From assembly GCA_964016885.1 (NCBI GenBank), contig OZ024740.1:237646001-237710000 (forward strand): DNA of 64,000 nt, read 5' to 3'. Source of the stretch: Eledone cirrhosa (Eukaryota). Both the position numbers and the translations under genes were made by a program. Positions 43,086 to 57,480 of this stretch are shown in pieces. The notes under the pieces are model-generated. The model ran no database searches. It was not told where the DNA came from and was given only the letters and a program-made list of their open reading frames with translations. The number at the start of each line of letters is the position of its first letter. Position 1 is the first letter of the stretch.

Positions 43086-43886
43086 AAACATATATACATT
43101 TCTGTGTGTGTGTAATATAAATATATATACACACACAGAAATATATATACACACAGAAATATATATACATTTCTGTGTGTGTAATATATATATATATATA
43201 TACACACAGAAATATATATACATTTCTGTGTGTGTAATATATATGTGGAAATTGACCACCACAGAATCCACTAAACATCATAGGATTTTACCAACTTTTC
43301 AACTATCCTCTTACGGAATCACCTATATAACTCACCCACACACACCCCCCCAAAAAATGTTTTTCTCCACACGCCACCTACACCCACAACACGCTTAAAC
43401 CCCACACACACGTGCTTTCCACCACATATTTACAGCCTCAGCCTCCTGATTCCTCTCCCCCCACCCCTCTATCCACACACGCACAGACACTCCGACCTAC
43501 AACCCCCCCCACACACCTCTTCCTGAACATGCAACCCCGTTCTTCCCCCAACCCTTACTTTCACATGCACACACACACACACACACACGTACACCTACAC
43601 ACACACACCACCTTCAGCCCTCCCCGCTCGGACACCCCGTCTCCCTCTCCCCGCTCCACCCGCCACCCCCTACACACCCCACACCCTTCCACCACCTGTT
43701 TTACCCCCTTTTAATTTCAGTTTATTTTGATCATGCTTTTATATTTAATTTTATTTCATTCCTTGTATTTTGATCATGCTTTATTTTTATTTTTATTTTT
43801 AATTTCATTCGCACCGTTTCCTTTCGTTATATGTCTCTCCACCACTCCCCTACACACCCTTTGAACTCTGTTCCCACACACTTCTC

Positions 43887-43918
43887 ACCTGAGGAAGGGC
43901 TTATGCCCGAAACGTCGT
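43887..43918 (+). ncRNA. Minimal Penelope-type hammerhead ribozyme
   Basis: AC-CUGAGGA-A-GGGC-UUAU-GCCC-GAAAC-GUC-GU; AATAAA downstream. Confidence 0.7.
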
Positions 43919-44110
43919 TCCCCACCACCACCCCACTCTCCAGAGCGTGAAATTAATAAACATTCGTACTGCCTCTCTGTTTTGTTCCTGTTCAAATTTT
44001 TCCATTATATATATATATATATATATACACACACAGAAATATATATACATTTCTGTGTGTGTAATATATATATATACACACACAGAAATATATATACATT
44101 TCTGTGTGTG

Positions 44111-44175
<65 letters not shown>

Positions 44176-44501
44176 GAAATATATATATATTTCCGTGTGT
44201 GTATATATATATATATTACACACCAGAAATGTATATATATATACACACAGAAATATATATACATCCCTTAGCTACTGTACTGTATCTGTTGCTCTCTCTC
44301 TCTCTCCAGCTATCCCTCTCTTTCAGTCTGTCTGTTTCTCTCACTCTCACTCTTTCTCTTTGTAACACACTAACATTCCTCCCCTCTATTGCTGTGACGA
44401 ATGGGGAGATGGAGGAGGAAGAGGAGGAGAGAGTCACTTCGTCACTTCACCTCTGCCTTTCTTTCTCTTCCCTCTCACTCCCTCATTACGTACAGACATT
44501 A

Positions 44502-44693
44502 GGGCGGTGGGTTGGCAGAATATGTAGAGAGTCGGACACCATGCTTCATAGCATGGAGTTACGTCCCTTTACGGTCTGAGTTCAAATACCGCCGAGGTTA
44601 ACTTTGCCTTTCATCCTCACGGGGTCGATAAAATAAGTACCAGTAATGTACTGGGTAATTGCTGGCCTTGTGCCAAAAGTAGAAACAATTATT
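44502..44693 (+). mobile_element. SINE family B
   Basis: tRNA-like head and Nin-like core. Confidence 0.85.
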
Positions 44694-45133
44694 AGAAACA
44701 TTGCTTCATTTTTACATATCTAAGCATTAGTAAAATAACTAATAATTTCAAAAGTAATTTTTCAATTCCAATTGTTATGAACAGCAAAACATTAATAATA
44801 ATTTTGTTCTAAGAAATATATATACATTTCTGTGTGTGTAATATATATATACACACACAGAAATATATATATATACACACAGAAATATATATACATTTCT
44901 GTGTGTGTAATATATATATATATACATCCAGAAATATATATACATTTCTGTATGTGTAATATATATATATATATATACATCCAGAAATATATATACATTT
45001 CTGTATGTGTAATATATATATATATACATCCAGAAATATATATACATTTCTGTATGTGTAATATATATATATATACACACACAGAAATATATATATATAC
45101 ACACAGAAATATATATACATTTCTGTGTGTGTA

Positions 45134-45168
<35 letters not shown>

Positions 45169-45229
45169 GAAATATATATACATTTCTGTGTGTGTAATAT
45201 ATATATATATATATATACACACACAGAAA

Positions 45230-45243
45230 TATATGGGCATTTC

Positions 45244-45317
<74 letters not shown>

Positions 45318-45822
45318 CTTCCCTAAAACTCAAATGAAGGTGCTACAGAAATATTACCTTCCCCTTCCTTTCTCCACTTTGGTACTACCAAGAGAAACAC
45401 TGTCGCTATAGAAACATTACCTTCCCCTCTCCACTGACTTTGGTCACTGAGGCCGAGGGAATCGCTGGTTGCTATAGAGACACCTTGCACAAGCCAGAAG
45501 TAACCAGTTAGAGGCGGTTCTGACTTGACACCATGCTAAGGACCATTTGAAGATATATTTCCATCGTTATATCATAACGTTTATGTATCATAACGTTTAT
45601 ATTTCCGTCACTAATCTCTTTTTCTCCTTTTTCGTTTTAACATATATTTATTTCAAAGATTTCACCGTATAGATAACATATATATTTATACATGCATAAA
45701 AGACACACCGAGAGACGGTGAACATGTGGTGCCGAAAACATTTCTCATCCAAATCTCAACAATATCAGTATATACACTAGATTTGCTAGCAGAAAACCGC
45801 CCACCGGGTGGCTTTTTGCTAG
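45230..45822 (+). mobile_element. Non-autonomous Helitron with (GTCT)n and 3' hairpin-CTAG
   Basis: ctagcagaaaaccgcccaccgggtggctttttgCTAG terminus. Confidence 0.65.
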
Positions 45823-46105
45823 TCTATATATCTAAAACAGAGAATGTCTGCCTGACTCCTTAAAACTCGAGAACCACCCAACCGATTTTTTTCAAACTTT
45901 ACACATGTAATACTTATGGTCGTGTGAGTCTTTTGAGCAAAACATATTTCAAATTTTCAATGCCGTAGGGACCGCAATAGGCGATTTAGCGATCTCTCTG
46001 TATAATTCTTAGCCTTTCTTTTTAGATAGATACATAGATATAACGTTGCGCCCTTATATCTGTCTGTATGTCTGGCTGTCTGCATTACAACATTATGACA
46101 CTATC

Positions 46106-46192
<87 letters not shown>

Positions 46193-46202
46193 TGTATATA
46201 TA

Positions 46203-48899
46203 TCTATATATATAAAAATGAATGTATGTTTGTTTGTTTGTCCAAAGATATAAACGGAGAAAGAGAAATCAACGTATATTCAAACAGAGAGTGAAAGAGC
46301 GAGTAGTCTGGCTGCTTTGAACCACTCCCTATATTAGACTGTCTCTAAAGTTATAAACGGAGAAAGAGAAATCAACGTATAGACAAAGAGAGAGTGAAAG
46401 AGCAACGAGTGAAAGAGCGAGTAGTCTGGCTGCTTTGAACCACTCCCTATATTAGACTGTCTCTAAAGTTATAAACGGAGAAAGAGAAATCAACGTATAG
46501 ACAAAGAGAGAGTGAAAGAGCAACGTATAGACAAAGAGAGAGTGCTATAAACGGAGAAAGAGAAATCAACGTATAGACAAAGAGTGAGTGAAAGAGCGAG
46601 TGTGAAATCTTTTTAATTAAAGATAATTTCAATAGAATTAGTATTCTCTCTTTAATTTAATATAATTTCAATAGAATTATTAAATTCTCTCTTTAATTTA
46701 ATATAATTTCAATAGAATTAGTATAGTGTCTGTTTCACATTACTTCCCTTCCACTCCCATTACAGGGAATTCTTTTTCAGCTAGCCCTTAACTAAGTGCT
46801 GTAATTTGATATCTTCATTTCGTCTGTCCTTATTTTCATGACCTGGACACATACGTGGACCGACATCATTCCAAGAATTGAGAACAGTAAACGGTCAAGT
46901 ATGTGCCACTTATCGTGAAGCTTGCCAAGAATTAAATCTTCTTGAAAATGATGGACATTGGGACACTTCACTCGCTTATGCATCGAATACTGCTCGACCA
47001 AAGCAAATACGCACATTATTCTCAATAATATTGACAACGTGCTTCCCATCAAATCCAAAAGATCTTTGGGAAAAATATAAAGACTACATGAGTGAAGACA
47101 TCCTACATCGTTTGCGTGCAACAAATCAAAATATGAATATTCAATTCACACAAAATGTGTATAATGAAGCATTGGTTTCCATTGAGGTCATATGTTTAGC
47201 AATCGCTAACAAAACATTGGTACAATTGGGAATGCCTGCACCGAATCGATCTGTAAACGACATTTTCGATCGTGATTTGCAACGAGAAACAAACTTTGAT
47301 GTCGCCGAATTGGGTACATTTGTTCAAACGAATCTTCCCAAATTGCTACCAGAACAACGCATAGTATATGACCAAATTATGCAGGCAATTATAAGTCAAA
47401 GCGGCGGATTGTATTTTATAGATGCGCCCGGTGGTACAGGCAAAACTTTTCTCATTTCACTTATTTTGGCAACTATACGATCAGAAAATAATATTGCACT
47501 GGCAATCGCATCATCTGGAATTGCGGCAACTCTTTTAGATGGTGGCCGAACAGCACATTCAGCCCTGAAATTGCCATTGAATATGCAAATCGCTGAGACA
47601 TCAACATGCAATATTACCAAAAATTCTGGTATAGGTAAAGTACTCCAATCATGTAAAATCATTATATGGGACGAATGTACTATGGCGCACAAAAAATCAT
47701 TGGAAGCGCTTAATAATACGCTAAAAGATTTGAAAGGAAATGAACAGCTCTTCAGTGGCACACTCATTTTATTGTCTGGTGATTTTCGACAAACTCTACC
47801 AGTTATACCGCGATCAACACCCGCTGATGAGCTTAATGCATGTCTCAAATCATCAGTTTTATGGCGACACGTACAGAAATTAACTTTAAAAAACAATATG
47901 CGTGTACAACTACAAAATGATGCATCCGCTGAACGTTTCACAAAACAATTGCTGGATATTGGGAATGGGAAAATGGTAATCGATGATTCCACAAAATGTA
48001 TCACATTGCCAACAAACTTCTGTAGAATCACGGCAACCAGAGACGAACTGATTCACAAAGTGTTCCCAAATATTGCGCAGCATTACAAAAATCATCAGTG
48101 GCTCAGTGTACGTGCTATATTAGCAGCCAAAAACACCGATGTCAATGCCATTAATTTCAGCATTCAAAACGAAATACCAGGCGAAGCGACAACGTATAAG
48201 TCCATCGATACTGTAATGAATCAAGACGAAATTATCAATTATCCAATTGAATTCTTGAATTCACTTGATTTGCCAGGCATGCCACCGCACATTTTAACAT
48301 TGAAAATTGGCGTGCCTATCATCCTTCTCCGAAACATCAATCCACCACAACTTTGCAACGGTACCAGACTTTCAGTGAAAAAGACGATGAACAATATCAT
48401 CGAGGCTACAATTTTAAATGGAAAATTTAAAGGAGAAGATGTACTCTTGCCACGCATCCCAATCATTCCAACAGATACGCCATTCGATTTCAAACGTTTG
48501 TAGTTTCCGGTGCGACTCGCCTTTGCAATGACTATCAACAAAGCACAAGGACAATCGCTACAAGTGTGTGGACTAAATTTAGAAAATCCATGCTTCTCAC
48601 ATGGACAGCTGTATGTGGCTTGCTCACGCGTCGGTAAACCTTCTGGTTTATTCGTGTACGCACCAGAAGGAAAAACAAAAAACATTGTGTATCCAAAAGC
48701 ACTTCAGTAAAACAAATTAAATGTTCTTATAACGAATTTTCTTTAAATTCGTCAGTCATTCAGTCATTTAAAGATAAATGTTAAAATCTAAAAAATAGAA
48801 ACTAAATTACAGAAGTTTTTAAATAACGATTAAAATGTTAATATTATTCTTTTCTAAATAAGCTTTTTAACACTGAGCGAAGCCGGGTAGCTCCGCTAG
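46203..48899 (+). mobile_element. Helitron, internally deleted, copy 2
   Basis: Colinear with 94-2790 at offset 46109; TC..CTAG; different flanks. Confidence 0.93.
46842..48710 (+). pseudogene. Helitron Pif1 helicase with one premature stop (TAG 48501-48503)
   Basis: Same helicase motifs as copy 1. Confidence 0.92.
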
Positions 48900-49482
48900 T
48901 ATATATATATATAGTAACATTTTTCGAAATATTTACTTCTGCATTCACAGATTGATTTTTTTAGTTTCAGAAGATTCCGTTAAGGGTGAAAGCAGCGATT
49001 CTTCGCTTAAACTTTAATCTGTTATTTTAATATATATATATAATTATATATTCGTGTACAGATATTTTTGCATACACAATAACAAAATATAAACAAACGT
49101 ATTTATTTCATGAGGCTCGATAAGGATAAATATATATCAAATATATAAGAACCCTAGAGCAAATATTGTTCACACTGCTGACGAGGCAGAAGGGGATATA
49201 TACGATTGGCTGAAGAAGGACGTGACTGTGTTAGCAGTACGGCCAATGGCTGCTATCACACCAACAGCAGCAAAAATAACAACAAAAAAGAGAGGGAACG
49301 CAATTACATGCTTTTTAAAATTCTTAATGGAAAATTATTTGCCTATTCACCCAAGGCAACTTCCCTTTTTATTAGGACTTCTGCATCAATTGGTGAACAT
49401 ACGACGAAACTGTTTCAGAAAGGAGGGATAAACATGCCAATCTATGTTTAGAATCCCGAGCAACGCCGGGCCATTCTGCTAG

Positions 49483-50539
49483 TCTATATATATAAAACTG
49501 AGGATGTCTGTCTGTGTGTGTGTGAGTTTGAATCCTTAAAACAAGAGAACCATCCAACCGACACTTTTCAAACTTTACACATGTAATACTTATGTTTCAG
49601 GGAGTGTTCTGAGCAAAGAAGATTTCAAATTTTCAATGTCCTAGGGACCGCATTAGGTGATTTAGCGATCTCTCTCTATAATTCTTAGTCTTTCTCTTTT
49701 TAGATAGATACATACATATATAACGTCGCGCCCTTATAATATCTTTGTTTGTCTGTTTGTTTGACTGTCTGCATTACGTCACTTCCCTGAGGATGCCTGT
49801 CTGTGTGTGTATGTGTGTGTGTGCGTGTGTGTGTGTGCGTCTGTGAGTTTGAATCCCTAAAACTCGAGAAGTACCCAACCGACTTTTTTCAAACTTTACA
49901 TGTGTATTACTTATGTTTCAGGGAGTGTTATGCACATAAAAAACATCAACTTTTTGATCTCTTAGAGCCCGCATTAGTTGAAAAACTGCGTTTTTTCAGG
50001 TTTTTGGGGGGTTTTTTGAGTCGTTACGTCAGACTGATTTTCTTGAAATTGTAACTATGTATTAGTAAGTCTCTTCTTCATACCGCGAGCAAAGAAAATC
50101 CAACATTTTTATGGCCTAGGGCCCGCATTAGGTGAAAAACATCATTTTTTTCAGCTTTTTAGGGTTTTTATGAGGTGTTACGTCTAGCCGATTTTCCCAA
50201 AATTTCAAAATTTATGCACATAAAAAAATTAATTGTCTTGATCCCCTATGGTCATGCATAACACTCCCTGAAACATAAGTAATACACATGTAAAGTTTGA
50301 AAAAGTCGGTTGGGTACTTCTTGAGTTTTAGGGATTCAAACTCACAGACGCACACACACACACACACACACATTTTTCCTGCTTCATCGAAGAAAATCTT
50401 AAAGATTATCCACCCATCAGAGTATTCGGTTTATTTTCTTTACATATTGTCCAGGCATGCAGTTTTTCCACGATTAGGTCTGTTGGCAGCCTGCGTTCCA
50501 AAATACCTTATCCCGTGCAACGCCGGGTACCACTGCTAG
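49483..50539 (+). mobile_element. Complete non-autonomous Helitron (~1.06 kb) with internal direct and inverted repeats
   Basis: TCtatatatataaaactg..(GTCT/GT)n; 3' cccgtgcaacgccggg hairpin plus CTAG|T; ~49830-49935 inverted at ~50255-50365. Confidence 0.85.
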
Positions 50540-50579
50540 TTAATTATAAAACTCCTCTGTACTTTCTAATTGACTCTGA

Positions 50580-51700
50580 AAGTGAGTCATGTGTTCTACT
50601 TTACCTGATATTTTCAGTATCTTATTAAGTATCCCTGATGATCCAGCTGCTCTCCTTGCCTTCACATTCATATGTCTAGTTGTTAACTTCAATAGCTGGT
50701 TCTTCTGATGAAATTACTTGAAGTAGTTTCTCTCCCTTCTGTGTATTCTCTTCATTAAGTAATCCAGTAGCAGTATTTCCAAGCCTTATTCTCCTCACTG
50801 ACACTGGGAAGGAATGAATGCACCACTATCATTCCATATGTACTTTTCTCCAATAACATCCTGATTTATTCTGATATCCTGCTTTGTAATCCAAAACATT
50901 GGCAAGCCTCTTACTTTCAGCTTCTTTCTTTGTTATGTAAACCTGACATCCAGCTTCTCCTCTAACTACTTTATATTGTTCATTACTCTTTCATTTCCTA
51001 TTCTTTCTATGACTCTCCCTTATCTGTTATAGTTCTATCTACTGTACCTTTCTACCACCATGTCATCTTCTGCCCTCCAGGAACCATGTTCTATCCACAG
51101 ATCTGGTCTCTGGCTCACAGCCAGTTGTACCATACAAACTCCCTGATATCTACCATGTTATGGGTCTCTGTTTCCCCCTGCTTTTTGTTATATGCATCAT
51201 CTACTATTAATTCCAACAATCCTCTGGCTGAGGGATCTTTCAGTTTCTCCACCTTTTTTCTGTGCCTGTCTAGCTCTTACCTTAATGTCACTAATCATTG
51301 TTTTATATTGAGTTATACAATCTTCACTAAGAAAAAACTCATTATTCACCAAGTGTGTATGAAGTCTATCTGCCTCATATGTTCTCCTAAAAGGTGGCTG
51401 TTTCTTTTCCTGATTAAAGTGTTGTAAATGGCTAGGTCATTTACAAAACAAAACTTCATGAGCTTCTATCCATATGGAGATTATGCATACGGTAGTCAAC
51501 TTGGTTTTGTGTATTAAAGTCACAAACTGTTACAATGAAGTTACTGTCACCTGTTACAGAGGTAATCTGCTGGATGGTCTCTTAGAAACAATCCTTTTAC
51601 TCATCTGTATTCCTGTAAATAAAGGATACCATTGCAGAATGAATATACTATCCATGTACGAGGTTTATGAATATTACTAGCTATCTAGTTCCATTTGTTC
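50580..51700 (-). mobile_element. Highly degraded RTE endonuclease/linker fragment
   Basis: Patchy similarity to 23300-24550 (LKDP, WYNWL, ETSRLP remnants). Confidence 0.5.
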
Positions 51701-52124
51701 ACCCTCACTGTCTAAAATGATAATATATTGGACTGGGCAGAGTATTAATACAGAATTTCTACTTCATAAATTTCTATTCAACAGTGAAGCTTTTTCTGTA
51801 GTAAAACCTTCAATATATCTCAAACAAAAAACACCTGATCTTCATCTTCAATAATACAGATCAAAAACAAAAACCCCAAAAAATCTTTAGACAAACAAAT
51901 TTAAAAAGGTATTTTCTATCAATATAACCAACTTAAATATTTTACCTCTCTCCTCTAAATTAGTTCCCTGTGATGATATTATTTTATTAATTCTTCTAAT
52001 ATTTAATTAAATATTAGATGAAGTAAATTTGAGATGATGTTTTCATGTGATAGAGATGGAATTTGACCTGGATAAGTTGTTGTTGTTATTGTTGTAGTTT
52101 AACCACAGGCCAACTGTGGTCAAG

Positions 52125-53310
52125 TAGACTCAGACTCAGAAGCTCCCGCGTCTTGCGACGCATGAGGCAATCATAGTGTTCCATCGACATTGTCTGTTTG
52201 TCGCTCGCAGGTCCCTCTCAACTGTCTGGCGCCAGTTCATTTTGGGTCGCCCTCTCCATCTGCTTCCCTGCAGGCGCCATTTAAGTACTTGGTTCGCCTG
52301 TCTCTCCGGGGGAAGTCTCAAAGCGTGTCCAAACCAGCCCAGGTGTCACTTGCAGATGGCAGAAGAGACTAGCTGCTGGTTGGTGCGGTTCCTGACTTCC
52401 TGGTTTGTTACATGGTCACTCCATTTAATCCCCAGGATCTTTCGCAGACACCTGGAATCGAATGCGTCCAACTTCTTCTCTTGGCTGGTCTTAAGGTGCC
52501 ATGTTTCACTTCCGTACAAGAGTGTGGACAGCACATTGCCCTTGTAGAATCTCATCTTTGTTTTGAGGGTGAACTTCCTGCTCTTCAAGATCTTGTCAAG
52601 TTGGTTAAATGCTGCTGAAGCCTTTCACATTCTACATTGCAGTTCACTGTCCATGGTGCACTCATTGTTAATGGAGCTTCCTAGGTAGGTGAATTTGTCC
52701 ACTATCTCCACCTCCCCCTGTTCAATGAAGACACTGGTTGGTGGTGGGTGTGTCCCAGATAACATGCTTTTGGTCTGCTTGGCACTGATAATGAGACCTA
52801 AGCTTCCTGCTTCGACATTGATATTGTTCACAATGATTTGCAGGTCAGCTGTGCTCTTTGCAAGTGCAACAATATCGTCCGCAAAGTCCAGGTCAGACAA
52901 CTTTTGCTCTCCCACCCAAGATATACCCTGGTCTTTAGATGCTCTTCTTAGTACACAGTCAATGGCTATGGCAAAGAGAATTGGAGAGAGAGCGAGCAGC
53001 CTTGACGCACACCAGTAACCACCTCAAACCAGTCATTGTAACCATCCTCTGTCCGTATGCAGCACTTGGAGTTTGCGTAAATCTGTTTGATTGCCGAAAT
53101 GACTTTCTGAGGCAGACCATACTCATGCATGATGCTCCAGAGCGACGGTCGATGAATGCTATCGAATGCTTTGGAGAAATCGATGAAGCTGATGGCGAGG
53201 GGCCTCTGGAATTTGTTGTACCTCTCAATGAATCGGCGTAGCGTAAAGATCTGCTCTGCACAGAAACGTTTTGGTCGGAACCCTGCCTGTTGTTCTCGTC
53301 AAGTAGACTA
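52125..53310 (-). mobile_element. 5'-truncated RTE-type LINE (third family)
   Basis: QAGFRP, FIDFSKAFDS, DLDFADDI, FTYLGS, LLYGSETW, RGRPKMNW. Confidence 0.9.
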
Positions 53311-54776
53311 ATGATGAAAGGCATTTAAGTGATGACCATTTTTCTTTCTTTTTCAGACACAATGTATCCAAAACCACATTATTCAATATGTCATTTATTT
53401 GCACGCGCGCGTATGTGTGTGTGTGTGTTTGTATGTATGTGTGTTAGATGATAATGTGTGATGTGTAAGATTTTTTGCTATTTCTAACAGGTCATGTGAT
53501 TATATAGAGGCATCTTAATTGGGTTGTCAGTATATGTCTTTTAATCCATTCAAGTGTGGATAAACATATATAAAGGAGGAGGATGATGAGGATGATGATG
53601 ATGATGATGATGATTAATTAACTGAATCCATAGAGCAGATAATGAATTTAATAAGTATATTCTTCTTACCCTACCATCTTGTTCCTTACACACCACAATA
53701 CAATAGAGAAGACCCTAAAGTTGAGTCTATGACCAAAAACCTCCCTGGTGATGATGCCACAATAAAATGCACCAAGCACACCATGTAAAGTGGTTAGTAT
53801 TTGGAAGGGCTTCCAGCCAGAAAAAACCATGCTAAAAAGGTTAAGAGGACCCTTCATTCTTGTCACAACAATTTCTCTATTGAAGTGTGCCATGAAAGAA
53901 TGTACCTTATACACCATATAAGGTGGTTGGTGATTGGAATGGCATTCTGTTGTAGAAACCATGCCCCCAAAAAGCCAAGAAAACTCTCTAGTGGTATCAA
54001 GGGCTTGAAAATCTCTCTAGTGTTGGTGACCTACATACATTCTAACAGTAGAGAATGGAAATGTATCATTTAATTGACAAATATCATTTATTCAAGGAAT
54101 TCCATGAGGATGGTCACATTTGGAGATTGTACATATGGCAGAGAGTCAGAGTTCAAAGGGTTAAACTATGCATCATGTTCTCAAACATATATGGCTTTAT
54201 CCTTGAATAGACTTTCTACTGGGCACCAAATTGTTGGTAACAGAGAATGGAATATTTTAGATTATATTTCCTTCATGTTTTCAGGCAATTTGTCTGTCCA
54301 TGACAATACATTATCAACACATTTTTTCAATTAATTTTATACAAAGAAAAAATAGTTCTTTAAATTATGGTAATAGTTTGTGCTGAAAATAGCCATTTAA
54401 CCAATCTGATATCACAACTTGCCTAACACTACCCTTGCTACAAAACTGGCCATTTAAAAATAATTCTATTTATATGAAAACCTTCATAATTTCATGTCAG
54501 AACTGTTTATTATATCATGTTCTTAATAATTAAAAAGATGTTTTACTAAATCCTTCTAAATTCTTTATCATTTTAACAAATAATTAAGACAAGAAAATAT
54601 AATTTTTTACTATTTATTCTGGTCTTCCATTGTAATTAAAGAAATGGAAGCAAGAAAATGTCAAATATTATTTACACATCTATTAATTGAATCTAGAATA
54701 ATTGATTCTTGGCAATTTGAAACTTCAACTAAACAGACTTGGTTATGCAAATATTTGACAAGTTGTAGTATTTGGT

Positions 54777-54860
54777 TCAATTTAAATTAGTGGCGGAACT
54801 ATCTAATGTTTTAAGTTCAGCAGTATTAAAAGACTGCTGCAACTGTTGCTCTTGTAGCTG
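54777..54860 (-). CDS. Possible terminal coding exon of an unidentified host gene
   Basis: ctctttttttggcag acceptor, then QLQEQQLQQSFNTAELKTLDSSATNLN*, then AT-rich non-repeat sequence. Confidence 0.3.
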   Translation of the reverse strand, partial: QLQEQQLQQSFNTAELKTLDSSATNLN

Positions 54861-55674
54861 CTGCCAAAAAAAGAGTTACATTCCATTATTATATATGTAT
54901 ATGATGATGATGATGATGGTGATATATCGCAACCTCGACCACAAACTCCCTCCTCCTCCGCCTCAACTCCGCGTGCCACCCACTCCTCATCCATTTGCTT
55001 TTCATCCTTATGGGGTCAATAAAATAAAGTACCAGTAATACACTGGGTAATTGCTAGCCTTGTGCCAAAAGTAGAAACAATTATTATCACTAGCTGGCCC
55101 CATGCCATAAAAAATGACAGTTAATTGTAATATCTATACATAATACAAAAAAAAGAGATGTTTGTTTGTTGTTTACTTCATTCCGTTCCTTCACACTCAC
55201 TTACACAAGTTATGCAAACATACAAACACACAGCTGTGAAGAATCTTAGAACACTGGATTTCTATAAATTCTCACCAACCCCTCCTTCGTCAGTCATCAC
55301 ATAGATGTGTGTATGTATGTTTTAATTATTTTTTCTAAGTGTGTCTGTTTATATATATATGTATGTGTAGATTCGAGTGTGTTTGTAATTCTATTGTCTT
55401 TGTATCTTTCTAGATAAACACACACAAACACATATACACTCACACAAATAGTATATATAAATATAATTTACACAAACACATATATACATGCACAAACACT
55501 CACATAATCATAACAGCCAATGTGTGTAACCAATTCACTATATACATACACACACAGGTGTAGCATATGTTAAACACTGCCATGTCTTCCTTCCTCAGTC
55601 AATATAATCACCCCTTTCTTCATCAGTCATCTCCAGTGTGTGACAGACAAATGCACACATACTGATTATTATTA

Positions 55675-56345
55675 TGTTCTGAGTTCTAATTCAGGGTTAG
55701 ATTTGCCTTTCATCCTTATGGGGTCGATAAAATAAAGTACCAGTAATGTACTGGGGTTGATTTAATCAATTTTCCCCCAAAATTTCTGGCTTGTCCCTAT
55801 AATAGAAATCATTATTTTTATTTGGCAGTATCGGTAGAGGGTTGAACACTATGCTTTTCAGCATAGAGTTACGGCCCTTTATGGTCTGAGTTCAAATCCC
55901 GCCGAGGTTAACTTTGCCTTTAATCCTTACAGAGTCGATAAAATAAAGCACCAGTAAAGTACTGGGGTCGATTTAATTGACTTTCCCCTCCCTCCAAATT
56001 ACTGACCTTGTGCCTATACTAGAATCATTATTACTACTATTACGGTGGATTGGCAGTATCGGTAGAGGGTCGGACGCCATGCTTTGCAGCATAGTTACGT
56101 CCCTTTACGGACTGAGTTCAAATCCCGCCGAGGTTAACTTTGCCTTTCATCCTTACGGGGTCGATAAAATAAAGTACCAGTAATACACTGGGATTATTGC
56201 TGACCTTGTGCCAAAAGTAGAAACAATTATTACTACTACTTCCGCCGAGATCAACTTTGCCTTTCATCCTTACGGGGTCGATAAAATAAAGTACCAGTAA
56301 TGTACTGGGTAATTGCTGGCCTTGTGCCAAATGTAGAAACAATTA
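55675..56345 (+). mobile_element. Tandem cluster of four full or partial family B SINEs followed by (CTA)n
   Basis: Core cctttcatccttacggggtcgataaa repeated four times; another partial copy at 54993-55085. Confidence 0.88.
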
Positions 56346-56364
56346 CTACTACTACTACTACTAT

Positions 56365-56439
<75 letters not shown>

Positions 56440-56509
56440 TACTACTTCTACTACACTAATAACAGTTCCCCAGTAAGAAATATTTCTGTCTGAGATGTCT
56501 TATGACCCA

Positions 56510-57480
56510 ACAGAGACATTCTGTTTGAAATTCCACACTTGTATGGCATCCCAGCAAGATTTGTGGATGCAATTAAGGCTCTGCATCTCAACACAAGTGC
56601 CACTCTCATCACCCCTGATGGCCCAACAGAGTTCTTTGAAATCTCAGCAGGAGTGCTGCAGGGTGACACTCTTGCCCCATTCCTCTTTATCATTGCTCTA
56701 GCCTATGCCCTGAGACTCTCAATTGACAAAATCAATAACAAAAGTATAACCTCCAAACCCTGCTGACCTCTAGGCACCTCTCTAAACATCTCACTGATCT
56801 TGACTTTGCAGATGACATTGCACTTCTTACAGATTGTCTAGAAAATGCACACCTTCTGACATCTCTCCAGGAAGCATCTCAACAAGGGTAAAACAGAGTA
56901 CATATCAAACTGTACAGGCAATCAATGGCGGTGATATCAAGCAAGTTGAGGATTTCAAGTATCTTGGGTCCTGGATCATGGACTCTGAAAAGGATTTTGC
57001 CACCAGAAAGGCCCAAGCATGGTCAGCCTGCAACAAGATGTTTCCAACCACACCAAAATCAGACTCTTCCAAGTAACAACTCAACCAATCTTGCTATATG
57101 GAAGTGAAACATGGATGCTTTCATCCAAACAACAAAAGCACCTTGATTGCACCAACACTCGCCTGCTTCAATTCATTCAGAACATAAGCTGGCAATATCT
57201 GACTTAAAGAAATATATCTATCATTGTACATAAAAGGAGAGTAAGATTTATTGGCCACTGCCATCATGCCAGCTCTGAGGCTGTGTCCTCATTAGTGCTT
57301 TGGAAATCACAAGCAGTCACTAATAACAAGAGGCGCAAGCTCTCCTATCCTGATGTCATCTCCAGAGATTCTGGTATTGAAATCCAAGATTTGACAGCGG
57401 CAATGAACAACAGACTCACGTGGAGATCAATTGTTAAGTCAATTTCGGCTGAGGCCACCAGATGATGATGATGATGATGA
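56510..57480 (+). mobile_element. Degraded RTE-type LINE
   Basis: GVLQGDTLAPFLFII, DLDFADDI, FKYLGSWI, LLYGSETW; (GAT)n tail. Confidence 0.88.

Larger units (their letters stand above)
43082..45233. repeat. Palindromic minisatellite CAGAAATATATATACATTTCTG-(TG)n-(AT)n-(AC)n in three blocks
   Basis: Blocks at 43082-43243, 44028-44262 and 44811-45233. Confidence 0.9.
45823..49482 (+). mobile_element. Non-autonomous Helitron, probably hosting the nested 2.7-kb Helitron
   Basis: TC start homologous to 49483; ends cccgagcaacgccggg..CTAG at 49482. Confidence 0.55.

Noticed and set aside
44811-45233. CRISPR-like array of palindromic repeats
   Set aside because: Spacers are only TA/CA runs, the context is eukaryotic and there are no cas genes
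42751-45411. Numerous YI/HT/CV-rich ORFs here and elsewhere
   Set aside because: Translations of (TA)n, (CA)n and minisatellites
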